This document shows positions 1 through 9,122 of a DNA stretch of 64,000 nucleotides, piece by piece. The stretch is taken from the IMG/VR virus record IMGVR_UViG_3300032080_000003, positions 1 through 64,000 of that record; one strand, 5' to 3'. Below the pieces are notes generated by a model. That model was given only the letters and a program-made list of their open reading frames with translations. It made no database searches and was not told where the DNA came from. The DNA comes from a virus. Every line of letters begins with the position of its first letter. The stretch's first letter is position 1. The position numbers were made by a program, and so were the translations under genes.

Positions 1-785
1 CGTTGTTGCTGCACACGGTCAAGTTTATTTACACGAGATAATTCAGAAAAACCCTTAAATATATTCTGAGATTGTTTTATACTCATTCCTGCACCCGTCA
101 AGCCGGATGTCAGTTTATTGTAATCAGCAGATGCATCTAAGTAATTAAAGCCGATCTTATCCCCTTGTTGCCTCAACCATTCAAAAGACTGCTTACCCTG
201 CTGCTGAGTGCCACCGGCTTGCTGAGTGACAGCAGTTGTTTGAAGCTGTGCAGATACTACCTGCTGGTTACGTTGATTGAGCTGAGAAAGCCCATAACCT
301 CCAAGTCCCAATGCTAAGGCAGGTCCATATAGTCTTGCCAATCCACCCCCAAAATAACCACCCGCAACTGCTGCTCTTCGACTACCCGGTGGTAGTGGTG
401 GATAGGGTCCGGGACGGGGTGGTGTTGGGGGTAAAGGTGGATGTGGAGGGTGTGGCCCCCCTCCTCCCGGAGGATAAGGCGGTAAACGTCTAGCCGCTCT
501 CAACAACGCAGCTTGAAGATTTCTATCATTTACAACAAACTTACTAATCTCAAAAGCTACACTCTTACTAGCCAGATCCAGAGAATTACCCAAAGCTGTT
601 CTTAGTTTTTTCTGGTCTACATTAAAAGCTGTAATGTCTAAGCTTATTCCAATCTTTTTATTGAAATTTTTACCAAAAAGCTTTAGTCTTTTCTCAAGAT
701 TCTTTAGTGTGTTATCAACTCTACGAACACTCTTTTGATCTATGTCAAACCCCAAAGAGGCAAAATAGCTTGCAATCTGAGTCAT
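1..785 (-). CDS. tail tape measure protein, N-terminal ~260 aa (gene runs off window start)
   Basis: ATG at 785 directly follows the TAA (786-788) of the chaperone -1 frame, and the frame stays open to position 1 (no stop, so absent from the ORF track). Translation starts MTQIASYFASLGFDIDQKSV and contains the Pro/Gly tract PPYPPGGGGPHPPHPPLPPTPP. Position after a G/GT pair is canonical for a tape measure protein. Confidence 0.7.
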   Translation of the reverse strand, partial: MTQIASYFASLGFDIDQKSVRRVDNTLKNLEKRLKLFGKNFNKKIGISLDITAFNVDQKKLRTALGNSLDLASKSVAFEISKFVVNDRNLQAALLRAARRLPPYPPGGGGPHPPHPPLPPTPPRPGPYPPLPPGSRRAAVAGGYFGGGLARLYGPALALGLGGYGLSQLNQRNQQVVSAQLQTTAVTQQAGGTQQQGKQSFEWLRQQGDKIGFNYLDASADYNKLTSGLTGAGMSIKQSQNIFKGFSELSRVNKLDRVQQQ

Positions 786-1045
786 TTACTTTTCCTTGGA
801 TTTGTCTATAGCAATCTTTTTCTGAGCGTCGTATACTGTAATGATTTCGAGAAGATTATAAGCTTGCTTTATGGAATATTTATTTTCTAAATCCCATAGT
901 GTACAAGGCTTTGTTTCATGCGTAACCAGTTTGTAAATTAACCAATCTTGTGAGAACTCTTCGTCTATCTGTTTTTCACTGTCAGTTAATTTTGAAACTG
1001 TTGACCCAGAAGTTTTTATTCCTCTGAATCGCTTACCGTAAAAAC
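786..1045 (-). CDS. -1 frame extension of the tail assembly chaperone (gpT-like part of a G/GT fusion)
   Basis: The -1 frame relative to 1016..1345 is open from about 1050 down to TAA 786-788. A T-run GTTTTTA (minus strand, 1039-1045) lies in the overlap. Confidence 0.55.
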
Positions 1046-1345
1046 ATCTTCAAAATTCCATTTGATGATTTCATCTACAAGCTTATAAAGATGTACGCTC
1101 TTACGTGCAAAATGATATTCAAAAAGATTCTTATCAATCACTTTACCTTCATACTGAATCTGACTACCAACAACAACCTTGCGTACAAGATCAATATCTG
1201 GGCGCCAGCCTTCAATATTACCATTCTCAATAAGAACGTTTTGAATATCTACAGCCAGTGTAGTAGGAAGTGCATTAAGCACATAATCCATATCATCAAT
1301 GCTCACTTCTGTCTGAGGAAGAAGTGAAAGTTTTGGTTGCGCCAT
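1016..1345 (-). CDS. tail assembly chaperone (gpG-like)
   Basis: 109-aa acidic ORF between the tube-like genes and the tape measure gene. Its 3' end overlaps an open -1 frame. Confidence 0.65.
   Translation of the reverse strand: MAQPKLSLLPQTEVSIDDMDYVLNALPTTLAVDIQNVLIENGNIEGWRPDIDLVRKVVVGSQIQYEGKVIDKNLFEYHFARKSVHLYKLVDEIIKWNFEDVFTVSDSEE
1039..1045 (-). other. candidate -1 slippery run GTTTTTA
   Basis: This is the only homopolymeric run between the last -1 frame stop (TGA in ..TTT GAA..) and the G-frame stop. It is not a canonical X_XXY_YYZ heptamer. Confidence 0.4.
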
Positions 1346-1370
1346 TATTTATCTCAATATTAAAATTAAA

Positions 1371-1868
1371 TTAGAAAAGGTTTGATATGAAGTCAGAAGC
1401 TTCTGTTACGGCAGAATCAAACATGTTTGTGGAAGGGCGGGTGTTACCACCTACAAAATAGTCTACGGTGGTTTGTGCAAATATCTCCCACACTGTAGTC
1501 TCAATTTGGCCAGTTTTACTTACAACTGGATAGCCTGTAATATACCCCTCATTGGTAGAAAATACACTAGAGCCAGAAATATCTTTAAGTGTCAGAGACA
1601 GCCTACCTGTACCCTCTTGCATATCAAGCTCGTGTATGTAGGAAAATACATCATTAGCTTGGCTACTAGCCATCAATGAAACAATAAGGGTTGCGGAAGT
1701 ATCTTGATTTCTAACTCTTGTGTTCTTGCCACGGATACCCTTTACAACAGTAAATCCACGACTATTTCTGCTTATCGCAATGGACATCCAACCGGATACT
1801 TGATAACCCCCAATGTTCAATATAACATCTTTTGGGGAGTAGGTTGCAACTGTAAATCCATTTGACAT
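1371..1868 (-). CDS. tail tube-like protein, paralog 3
   Basis: 165 aa. Shares TYSPxxV at the N-terminus, the LxLKDxSGSSVF core and a C-terminal GGN with 1868..2371 and 2414..2944. Confidence 0.55.
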   Translation of the reverse strand: MSNGFTVATYSPKDVILNIGGYQVSGWMSIAISRNSRGFTVVKGIRGKNTRVRNQDTSATLIVSLMASSQANDVFSYIHELDMQEGTGRLSLTLKDISGSSVFSTNEGYITGYPVVSKTGQIETTVWEIFAQTTVDYFVGGNTRPSTNMFDSAVTEASDFISNLF

Positions 1869-2371
1869 TAGAGAAGTCCTTCAAGAATGGGCAGGGATGC
1901 TACTCCAATATTAAACAAATCTTCAAGAAGACCAGATTCACCATTATTACTTCCAAGATTTATCACTGCTTGGGATGACTTCATAATCCATGTTCTGGGC
2001 TCATAATCATTACTTTTTACAAGCGAAGGTATATCTTCAATCCATGTATTTGTTGAGAAGAATAAATCACTACCACTACCATCTTTAATAAGAAGTGGGA
2101 ATTTACCTCTCTGAGTTATCTCGTCAATTTGCCATAGTTTTGTTAACACTGTGTTACTACGACTGCCGCTGTAAACAGTGATCCTTATTGTATAAGTCTG
2201 GTCACTATTATAAATTCTTGCAACTCTTCCATCAACACTCTTCTGTGTTGCATAAGGCATTACATCCTTACTGATAGAGATAAAAGAGCTGTCTACAAAA
2301 CCTTCCAGAGGTATAATACCTGCGACTAATACACTAACTTCAGCAGGTATATAGGTAGCTAAATCTGCCAT
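1868..2371 (-). CDS. tail tube-like protein, paralog 2
   Basis: 167 aa. The LLIKDGSGSDLFFSTNTWIEDIP core aligns with both neighbours. Start overlaps the stop of the upstream gene. Confidence 0.55.
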   Translation of the reverse strand: MADLATYIPAEVSVLVAGIIPLEGFVDSSFISISKDVMPYATQKSVDGRVARIYNSDQTYTIRITVYSGSRSNTVLTKLWQIDEITQRGKFPLLIKDGSGSDLFFSTNTWIEDIPSLVKSNDYEPRTWIMKSSQAVINLGSNNGESGLLEDLFNIGVASLPILEGLL

Positions 2372-2413
2372 TACTATCCCTCTAGGAAAAGGGTCTTTTC
2401 AGACCCTATGATA

Positions 2414-2944
2414 TTACAATTTCCAACGATTATCGATTTCACCACCAAGGGCTTCAACCACAGCAACAGCAGACTCATCCATCTTAGTGTTACCACCTTC
2501 AAGACGAATCAGGTTAACGCACTGAATATCCCATTGGCGGGTTTCACCAGTTTCAGAATCGGAATAAGCAGCATCAGGGACTGTCCCGATAAAAGCTTGT
2601 CGAGCATAATATAGGCTCTGTCCAGAATTATCTTTTACGGTGATACTAAAGACATATTCATCAGTAGCGTCATTCTCATCTGCAATTTGCATTTGTTGAA
2701 AGACACGATTACTGATTGAGGCTTGGTGCAGCGTGATGCTGATTGTGGAAGCTTTATTACGGCGTTTAACACGGAATGCTGATAGATCCGAGCCAACAAC
2801 AAGGCTGGCTGCTGGAACCATACGTGTTACGTTAATGAAAGTGCCTGATGCAAGACCGGAGACAATATGTGTCTGGTCAGCAACAGTAATGATTACAGCG
2901 ACTTCCTCAGGACTATACGTCCCGAGAATGGTATCAGATGCCAT
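2414..2944 (-). CDS. tail tube-like protein, paralog 1
   Basis: 176 aa, immediately downstream of the sheath-like gene. The ITVKDNSGQSLYYARQAFIGTVP core is paralogous to the next two ORFs. Confidence 0.6.
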   Translation of the reverse strand: MASDTILGTYSPEEVAVIITVADQTHIVSGLASGTFINVTRMVPAASLVVGSDLSAFRVKRRNKASTISITLHQASISNRVFQQMQIADENDATDEYVFSITVKDNSGQSLYYARQAFIGTVPDAAYSDSETGETRQWDIQCVNLIRLEGGNTKMDESAVAVVEALGGEIDNRWKL

Positions 2945-2962
2945 TTGTATTATTCCTTCTTA

Positions 2963-4246
2963 TTATGCGCTGACAGTCCCGACAATAGTAACAACTCTTA
3001 CTGAGCCTTGAAGACGTGCAGTGAAGGTGAAATTGCCAGCAATACGTTGAATTCGTTGAGAAGCTGCAATTGTAAGAGGGTCCGGAGAAATTACATTCCA
3101 ACCAGAATCATACAAACCATTAGCTTCCCCTTGAGAAAGAACACTACGCATTTCACTTTCAATAATCAGGAAACCATTACGTGTGTAAGGAACTTTCAGA
3201 AGATTTGTCAGACGGCTGTAAATAGCCTCTTGCATACGAGCATAAGTCCAGTCGATACCAATGATAATATCGATTGCATCCCCAACTCCAGTAGACATGT
3301 TACCATCTTGAAAGATAGCAACTCCAGCAACAGTAGTATACATGTTTGCATTCTTAAAACGCAAGTTTGTACGCTGTGTATCAGTCAAGCTCGATACTGT
3401 AACACCATTTGCTTTCTTGAAGTCCCAATCATTACTGCCGGGAGTACGAGGCAGTTGACTACCAACCCAAGCAGCTTCTGGATACTGAGTATCGGCAGTA
3501 GGCAGATAGATGATACCTGTACGACTATACCCCGCTGCTTTCAAAGCGCTTGCAACATCAGTGGTAGAAGTTGTTGGAACTGTTGCATCTTGTGTAGACG
3601 TAAAGTAAATCTTATGACGTGGCTGGATTGCAGCAGCCAAGGCAAGAACATCTGCTTGGACGTGAGTTTCTGCAATCAATGCATACCACTGATTGTTAAA
3701 GTCACTGACAGCATCAAACGCTTCAACCCAAGTTTCTGTGGGTGTGGCATTAACAGCAGTCAAGTTAGTTGAGGCGTTAACACTCCACGCATTACCAGCA
3801 AGACTAGGTGCTACTGTTAGGCTAGAAGTACCAGATACAGTGATACCTGTGACAGTGCCGATAGCAGTCTTAAGACCTGTTACAATAGTGGCAGCAGTGG
3901 CCCCGGTCCCGGATGTAAAACTATAATCTGTACCATTGATAGTTACAGTGTATACAGTTGCATCAGCAACAACAGGTGTAAATGTAACGCTATCTACTTG
4001 ACGACGGCCAACAATAATATAAGGAGGACGAACACCATCCTGACCAAACAGATTAGATGCAATCTTGTAGACATTGTCAGTACTATCAAAATCATCTGTC
4101 ACTGCATCAAAATCTGTGTAGATTCGAACTCGTTCTGCAAAGTTTGTAAATGTTGCCAAGACCAACGGAATCTGAAACGATGCAGTGCTGATCGCCGTAG
4201 TTTCCCTGTTGATTTGAATTTGTACGATTTGGTCCAATTCTGACAC
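2963..4246 (-). CDS. major tail protein, sheath-like
   Basis: 427 aa with Thr/Ala/Val-rich beta-type sequence. Lies between the neck genes and the tube-like genes. Assigned by position and general resemblance only. Confidence 0.5.
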   Translation of the reverse strand: MSELDQIVQIQINRETTAISTASFQIPLVLATFTNFAERVRIYTDFDAVTDDFDSTDNVYKIASNLFGQDGVRPPYIIVGRRQVDSVTFTPVVADATVYTVTINGTDYSFTSGTGATAATIVTGLKTAIGTVTGITVSGTSSLTVAPSLAGNAWSVNASTNLTAVNATPTETWVEAFDAVSDFNNQWYALIAETHVQADVLALAAAIQPRHKIYFTSTQDATVPTTSTTDVASALKAAGYSRTGIIYLPTADTQYPEAAWVGSQLPRTPGSNDWDFKKANGVTVSSLTDTQRTNLRFKNANMYTTVAGVAIFQDGNMSTGVGDAIDIIIGIDWTYARMQEAIYSRLTNLLKVPYTRNGFLIIESEMRSVLSQGEANGLYDSGWNVISPDPLTIAASQRIQRIAGNFTFTARLQGSVRVVTIVGTVSA

Positions 4247-4262
4247 TTGAGAATTCCTCTCA

Positions 4263-4811
4263 TTAAGGGGTTATGATAAAATCTGGAGGGATTGTTGAAA
4301 CTTCACCTGTCTGTGTATCTTTAATTACAACAGCCTCCACTACATCCACAATCTGCTGTGTATTCACAGCGTATGTAAATACTACATCCATATTGTGATA
4401 TTCAACCCACTTCGTATCTCGTTTCTGTGGTGCTCGGCGGATGTTTGTTTTTGTTTTAAGGTTCAATCCGTACTTCTGTAACTCTTCTCTAAAAAGAACG
4501 TTGTTTAATCTTTGTGTGAACGTGTGAGACATGTCACCAGACAAATCCCCAATAAAGCTGAACTGAACATAAACATTATAGTTAGCTTGTATTGTAAGTT
4601 CGTTAAGCTCGTTGGTAAAAGTTGATGTATAACCTTTACCGATCTGTTCAATTTGCAAAACATTGATAACTACATAATCTTGGTCAGGCTCTGTTCCATT
4701 AGCATGAGACAAGATTACATTTCTTCTAGATACTGTAGTTGGGAAGTATTCTTCTAAAGCGACAATGGCAGCTTTCCTTAAACCGTAGGTTACATCTGTC
4801 TGTATACCCAT
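4263..4811 (-). CDS. neck / tail-terminator protein (by position)
   Basis: 182-aa ORF. Its start overlaps the stop of the upstream gene (ATGA). Lies between the head-completion genes and the sheath-like gene. Confidence 0.45.
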   Translation of the reverse strand: MGIQTDVTYGLRKAAIVALEEYFPTTVSRRNVILSHANGTEPDQDYVVINVLQIEQIGKGYTSTFTNELNELTIQANYNVYVQFSFIGDLSGDMSHTFTQRLNNVLFREELQKYGLNLKTKTNIRRAPQKRDTKWVEYHNMDVVFTYAVNTQQIVDVVEAVVIKDTQTGEVSTIPPDFIITP

Positions 4812-5314
4812 CAGTTACTTCCTTTCTTAACGACTTTGGCTGTTACATTATCTATAAGCTCGCCGGTGTTTCTAAGAGGGTCATTAAACCCTTTCATTTC
4901 AATAGTCAAAGCTGCGTTTGGAGGTGTATCCCAATCCCTCATGACTCTCTTAAGAAGGTTTTCAAAGAAATTAGAAGACTGAGTTAGAGCTGTCATAACA
5001 GACTTCCCCGAAATCACTCTTTTAATCATCTTTTCAAATTCAGCTTTAGTGGGTGAAGTTTTCATGGCTTGATATAACCCCACCCTCATAAAAGGTCTTG
5101 GTGGTGTCGTAGCACCCGGTATTAATGCATCTGCTCCATTTATATGGCCTAGCTCGTTCAACATGGCAATGTAGGCCATTGGTTGATTAGAATTATCAGG
5201 TCCATATCGGTGCTCAGGAAACCAACCTAACTGGATTTCAAGTCCATTCTTAGGAGACATATCCCGCTTCAGCTTATCCCAAACTTTAGTGTCTTTCTTT
5301 AATCTGAAAGTCAT
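4811..5314 (-). CDS. HK97 gp10-like head-tail joining protein
   Basis: 167 aa with an IPGATTPPRPFMRV segment typical of gp10-type tail-attachment proteins. Synteny is consistent. Confidence 0.55.
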   Translation of the reverse strand: MTFRLKKDTKVWDKLKRDMSPKNGLEIQLGWFPEHRYGPDNSNQPMAYIAMLNELGHINGADALIPGATTPPRPFMRVGLYQAMKTSPTKAEFEKMIKRVISGKSVMTALTQSSNFFENLLKRVMRDWDTPPNAALTIEMKGFNDPLRNTGELIDNVTAKVVKKGSN

Positions 5315-5324
5315 ATACTGCCCT

Positions 5325-5699
5325 TTAGTTTGGTGTTGGGCCTATTTTGGCTGCTTTGGCTTCCCGATGATCCTGCACGCCCATCTTAAAATTCTGAGTT
5401 TTCATCACTTCATACATATCACCGTCCCACTCAAAAATATCGGGGCCGTGCCCATTAGGTCCTTCTTTCTTTGAACGAATCAAATCTGAAGTGAAAACCC
5501 ATAGCCAACTACGTGTACGATCTGATTCAGGTAGCATGCTTACTTGATAATCTGAGAAAGGGTGTACGTTGGCTTGGATAACAACTTGCTCTTCAACACC
5601 CTTTACAACTTTACCTGTATCATCATCATAGACATCTTGAGAGCGACGAAGGATAGTGACTGGAACTTTTCTTACTAGAGAAAATTGGGCTATGCTCAT
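5325..5699 (-). CDS. head closure / head-tail adaptor protein (by position)
   Basis: 124-aa ORF abutting 5700..6161, in the neck module. Confidence 0.45.
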   Translation of the reverse strand: MSIAQFSLVRKVPVTILRRSQDVYDDDTGKVVKGVEEQVVIQANVHPFSDYQVSMLPESDRTRSWLWVFTSDLIRSKKEGPNGHGPDIFEWDGDMYEVMKTQNFKMGVQDHREAKAAKIGPTPN

Positions 5700-6161
5700 T
5701 TATCGCCTCACAACCCAATAGGGTAGATCAGGAATTCCATATGCAAACCTGTCCATCCAGTGACCTTCCTTACAACCTACTTCATCAATAGTTTGTACAA
5801 TCTTACCTGAGTAGGCTCCACAATCCGCTCTGTTATTCCAAACATCCACTGTATCAATACCAGCAGCATAGATATTAAGACTACCTAATCCTAGTGTTGG
5901 GTTCTGTGTAATGTTGGACAATAGTAGCTTGTACCAATCTAGAGCATTACTCCAGACTTCATAGTGACCTGCTGTTTCGCGGTACACTGATTTATTCTTG
6001 GCAAGGTCTGCGAGGATTGCGTAGATAGCAAAAATAGATGCTTGTCTTACACTACCACCAGCCATATCAAGAAAATATTGAATTTCTTCATCCGTGAAAG
6101 TGTATGGTTCGCTGTTATCACCAATAAAAAGGCGAACCGCTTGAATTGGTGTTAGGGCCAT
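5700..6161 (-). CDS. head-tail connector (gp6-like) protein
   Basis: 153 aa. First gene after the capsid terminator. The N-terminus MALTPIQAVRLFIGDNSEPYTFTDEEIQYFL is typical of connector/adaptor proteins. Confidence 0.5.
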   Translation of the reverse strand: MALTPIQAVRLFIGDNSEPYTFTDEEIQYFLDMAGGSVRQASIFAIYAILADLAKNKSVYRETAGHYEVWSNALDWYKLLLSNITQNPTLGLGSLNIYAAGIDTVDVWNNRADCGAYSGKIVQTIDEVGCKEGHWMDRFAYGIPDLPYWVVRR

Positions 6162-6171
6162 ATCTTTTCCT

Positions 6172-6200
6172 TTGAAAATAAGGGGAGTATTTCATCCCCT
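6172..6200 (-). terminator. hairpin plus U-run after the major capsid gene
   Basis: Minus strand reads AGGGGA-tgaaatac-TCCCCT followed by TATTTTC. Lies between the capsid stop (6215) and the next start (6161). Confidence 0.6.
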
Positions 6201-6214
6201 ATCTTGTTTACAAC

Positions 6215-7288
6215 TTAGGTCAACGACAGACGAACAATCGCTTGTGGCCTGAGGCAAGCGTTCAACTGGTTGGATTCAGACATAATCTCAATCTTATCCA
6301 TCTTATCGCCCATGTACTCTGCGTAGTAAACAGACTGACCAGCAGTGTTAACACTTGGAAAAGTGAGAGCAGGAGCGAAGTAGGTCTGGAACATATCAGT
6401 TACACCTAGCGGGAACGCGTAAGCATCGCCAGCAGGGATAAAGCGTTGAACAACACCATTTTGATCAGTGTAAGTACCACGGTATTCGATGAAAGTCAGA
6501 CCACCAAAGTTGAAGACTTGGTAGTTGGCAGGCAGACCCATACCAGCAGCCGACAGACGATTAACCAGTGGATCTTGATCGCGACGGAAATACTTATAAA
6601 CTTCAGTGATATAAGGGTTGGTGATCAGAGCTTGGAAGTATTCTGGCGAGCAGATTACAACAAAGTTGTCAGCAATCTGACCATTCAACAGACCATCTTG
6701 GATACCCGAGATAATGTCGTTGGTGTAGCTCAGAGGATCAACGTTGACGTTACCCAGATCAGTAACAATCTCAGTACGAGTAACACCGAACTCATTGTAG
6801 TAGTTTACGGTTGGACCATAAGAACGGGTCAGAGTACCGCTTGGAGCATACACACCACCAGTGGTGATGATTTGCATACGGGATACTTCTGACAGACGCT
6901 CGTAACGATTGCGAATCTCTTGCATCTTACGCAGACGTACAGCAGCAACAGTTTCCAGTTCCAGACCTTGGGCAAAGTTAGTCCAAGAGATGATACCTTG
7001 CAGATCACGAGGAGTGATCATGGTATCCAGTGGGAAGTGAGGAATTGGGAAGCTTACCAGAGCACGCTGAGTAGGCTTGATGGTGCTGTTACGCTCATCC
7101 CAGTTACGGTCAACTGGCAGACCATCAACTTCAGTCAGCAGGGAAACCGATACGTTTTCTTGAGTAACACCCTGTTCATTAAACAGGCCCATGCTGTTGA
7201 TCAGGCCCCAACGGTTAGGAATGGTGACGATCTGGTTGGTAAGCTCAGTTACCTGAGTAGTGTTATTTGGTTGAAAAGCAATTGCCAT
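6215..7288 (-). CDS. major capsid protein (lambda gpE-like arrangement)
   Basis: 357 aa. Follows the protease/scaffold and decoration-like genes and is itself followed by a terminator. Codon usage looks like that of a highly expressed gene. Confidence 0.8.
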   Translation of the reverse strand: MAIAFQPNNTTQVTELTNQIVTIPNRWGLINSMGLFNEQGVTQENVSVSLLTEVDGLPVDRNWDERNSTIKPTQRALVSFPIPHFPLDTMITPRDLQGIISWTNFAQGLELETVAAVRLRKMQEIRNRYERLSEVSRMQIITTGGVYAPSGTLTRSYGPTVNYYNEFGVTRTEIVTDLGNVNVDPLSYTNDIISGIQDGLLNGQIADNFVVICSPEYFQALITNPYITEVYKYFRRDQDPLVNRLSAAGMGLPANYQVFNFGGLTFIEYRGTYTDQNGVVQRFIPAGDAYAFPLGVTDMFQTYFAPALTFPSVNTAGQSVYYAEYMGDKMDKIEIMSESNQLNACLRPQAIVRLSLT

Positions 7289-7329
7289 TTATTTAGCTCC
7301 GATTGTTTAGTGTTGTGAGAAAGCTTGAC

Positions 7330-7749
7330 TTAGCAAGCAATCTCAACAAGAATACCTTGTGCTTCCAGCAGACCTTTGAGGGTCACAATCTGAGCAGCGT
7401 TGAATTGAGTGTTAACAGCTTTGATCAAGAAATCAGACAAAATAACTTCATCACGAACAAAGGCAACGGCTGGGGTGTTAGTGGTTGCAGCTACATCGAA
7501 GGTAGGCTTCCAGCTAAGACGATCACCAAACACAACTGCAAACTGAGTACCAGCAGCGGTGAGGTCAGCAACAACAGCACGGTGGAAAGTGGTATCAGCA
7601 GCAGCACGAGCTACAACAGTACCCATAGGAACAGCACCAGCAGCAGCGAAGTTCAGAGTGATAACTTTACGAGCGTAACCAACACTTGGGTCCAACTCGT
7701 GAACAACCAGATCACCAAGGGTGCGGTAGGTCAGATTAACAATAGCCAT
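7330..7749 (-). CDS. head decoration-like protein
   Basis: 139-aa Ala/Val/Thr-rich ORF between the protease/scaffold and capsid genes, which is the lambda gpD position. Confidence 0.5.
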   Translation of the reverse strand: MAIVNLTYRTLGDLVVHELDPSVGYARKVITLNFAAAGAVPMGTVVARAAADTTFHRAVVADLTAAGTQFAVVFGDRLSWKPTFDVAATTNTPAVAFVRDEVILSDFLIKAVNTQFNAAQIVTLKGLLEAQGILVEIAC

Positions 7750-7763
7750 TAGGAATAGTCCTC

Positions 7764-9122
7764 TTACTTAGTTTTATAGGTTTTTTGGATAAGTTTAGCG
7801 AGAGCGTCTTCCATATCGGGGTTAGTCTCGACCTCTACATCAGCACCCATTTCTTTAAAGAGTGGGTTTTCTACAAGAGCAGCATTTGCTTTAGTAACAG
7901 CAGCAACTACAGCTTCGTATTGAGCGTCTGAAACACCTTCAAGGGATGCAGACAGGGCAGCAGCTTGATCTTCACCAATCGAAGCTACCAGAGCAGCTTT
8001 ACGAGTGGCAGCTACAGCTTCTTTAGCTTCAAGTGCTGCTTTATCTTGAGCAGCTTTGAATTCAGCTACAGCGCTTTGAGCTTCAGCCAGTTTAGCTTGC
8101 AAATCTTGTACACCAGCCAGAGCAAGTTGAAGATCAGCAGCTTGTGCTTCATATTTAGTGCCGAGTTCGGAGAGTTCCGACTTAGCGAGTTCTAGTTCGT
8201 TCATATCGAAACTTTGTCCTTCTTTATTCATTTTAAATAGTTTGTCTTTGAGCATTGATTTCTCATCACCTTTATGACTTTGCGCTGTATCTGCTAAGTA
8301 TTCGTAAAAACCCTCAAGGGTCATTACTTTATCAGCTAGACCAAGCTTCAAAGCATCCCCGGATAGGAAAGTCTTTGCTTCTGTGGCTCTAACTGCTTCT
8401 ACAGACATGTTCCGGTTACTGGCAACAAACTCTGTAAAACTTTCGTATAGTGTGTCTACTTTTGTTTGGATGTCTGCAAGAAACTCTGGTTTGAAAGAGC
8501 CATCATTTGCAAATGGAACCTTATCAGCCCCTGCTGTAATGAAGGTACGCTCATAACCATCTTTCTCAAGAGCTTTGCTATCATTCATAAGTCGAACAAC
8601 TACGCCGATGCTACCCAATTCCGACTGACTATTTGTGATGATTTCATCAGAGATTGCAGTGAGTGCATAGGCTGCCGATGCGCTGAGTCCGTCGATATAC
8701 GACAGAATCTTTACACCCTTGGTATCTGCATACGAGCGGATATAATTGGCGGCATCAAATACACCGTAAGCCTCGCCACCGCCGCTGTCAGTCATGAATG
8801 CAATTGTCTTGGCACCACTATCTGCAAGGTATGTAAAGTCTTCCTTAAGTTGCTGATAGCTAGTACCACCACAATCAAAGCCCATCATAGTTACAGGCTT
8901 ATCTGTAAGTGGACCTTGGAGATTCATAACAGCAACACCAATATCACTATTGAAAGAGTAGCGGTCTGTCACCTCATGTCTTTCTGAATCACCCTCTTCA
9001 AGCTTGAAGTCTTTCGAACAACGAGCATCTAGGTAATCACAGATATTCTCAAAGGATACCAAAGACATCAATTGAGGTGTGTTATATACTTTGTCACGAA
9101 GCCTAATCAATTGATGAGACAT
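7764..9122 (-). CDS. prohead protease (S49/SppA-type) fused to an Ala-rich coiled-coil scaffold domain
   Basis: S49 motifs GGGEAYGVFDAANYI, GLSASAAYALTAISD and ELGSIGVV. The C-terminus is a heptad-like Ala/Glu/Lys/Gln region, as in lambda gpC/Nu3. Confidence 0.85.
   Translation of the reverse strand: MSHQLIRLRDKVYNTPQLMSLVSFENICDYLDARCSKDFKLEEGDSERHEVTDRYSFNSDIGVAVMNLQGPLTDKPVTMMGFDCGGTSYQQLKEDFTYLADSGAKTIAFMTDSGGGEAYGVFDAANYIRSYADTKGVKILSYIDGLSASAAYALTAISDEIITNSQSELGSIGVVVRLMNDSKALEKDGYERTFITAGADKVPFANDGSFKPEFLADIQTKVDTLYESFTEFVASNRNMSVEAVRATEAKTFLSGDALKLGLADKVMTLEGFYEYLADTAQSHKGDEKSMLKDKLFKMNKEGQSFDMNELELAKSELSELGTKYEAQAADLQLALAGVQDLQAKLAEAQSAVAEFKAAQDKAALEAKEAVAATRKAALVASIGEDQAAALSASLEGVSDAQYEAVVAAVTKANAALVENPLFKEMGADVEVETNPDMEDALAKLIQKTYKTK

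Noticed and set aside
311-493. 60-aa plus-strand ORF rich in Pro/Val/His
   Set aside because: It is the mirror image of the Pro/Gly-rich tract of the tape-measure gene on the minus strand, so it is an artefact of that repeat composition.
3008-3772. 254-aa plus-strand ORF (and 3693..3926, 3998..4243) inside the sheath-like gene
   Set aside because: - It is antisense to a much longer ORF that fits the structural-module synteny.
- The sequence is Cys/Ser/Asn/Ile-rich and low-complexity, with no SD.
- It looks like a typical shadow ORF of an AT-rich gene.
7764-9122. Ala-rich C-terminal half of the protease gene considered as a separate nested scaffold gene or low-complexity repeat
   Set aside because: It is a continuous ORF with the S49 domain. 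An internal start, as in lambda Nu3, is plausible but cannot be supported from sequence alone, so it is not called separately.
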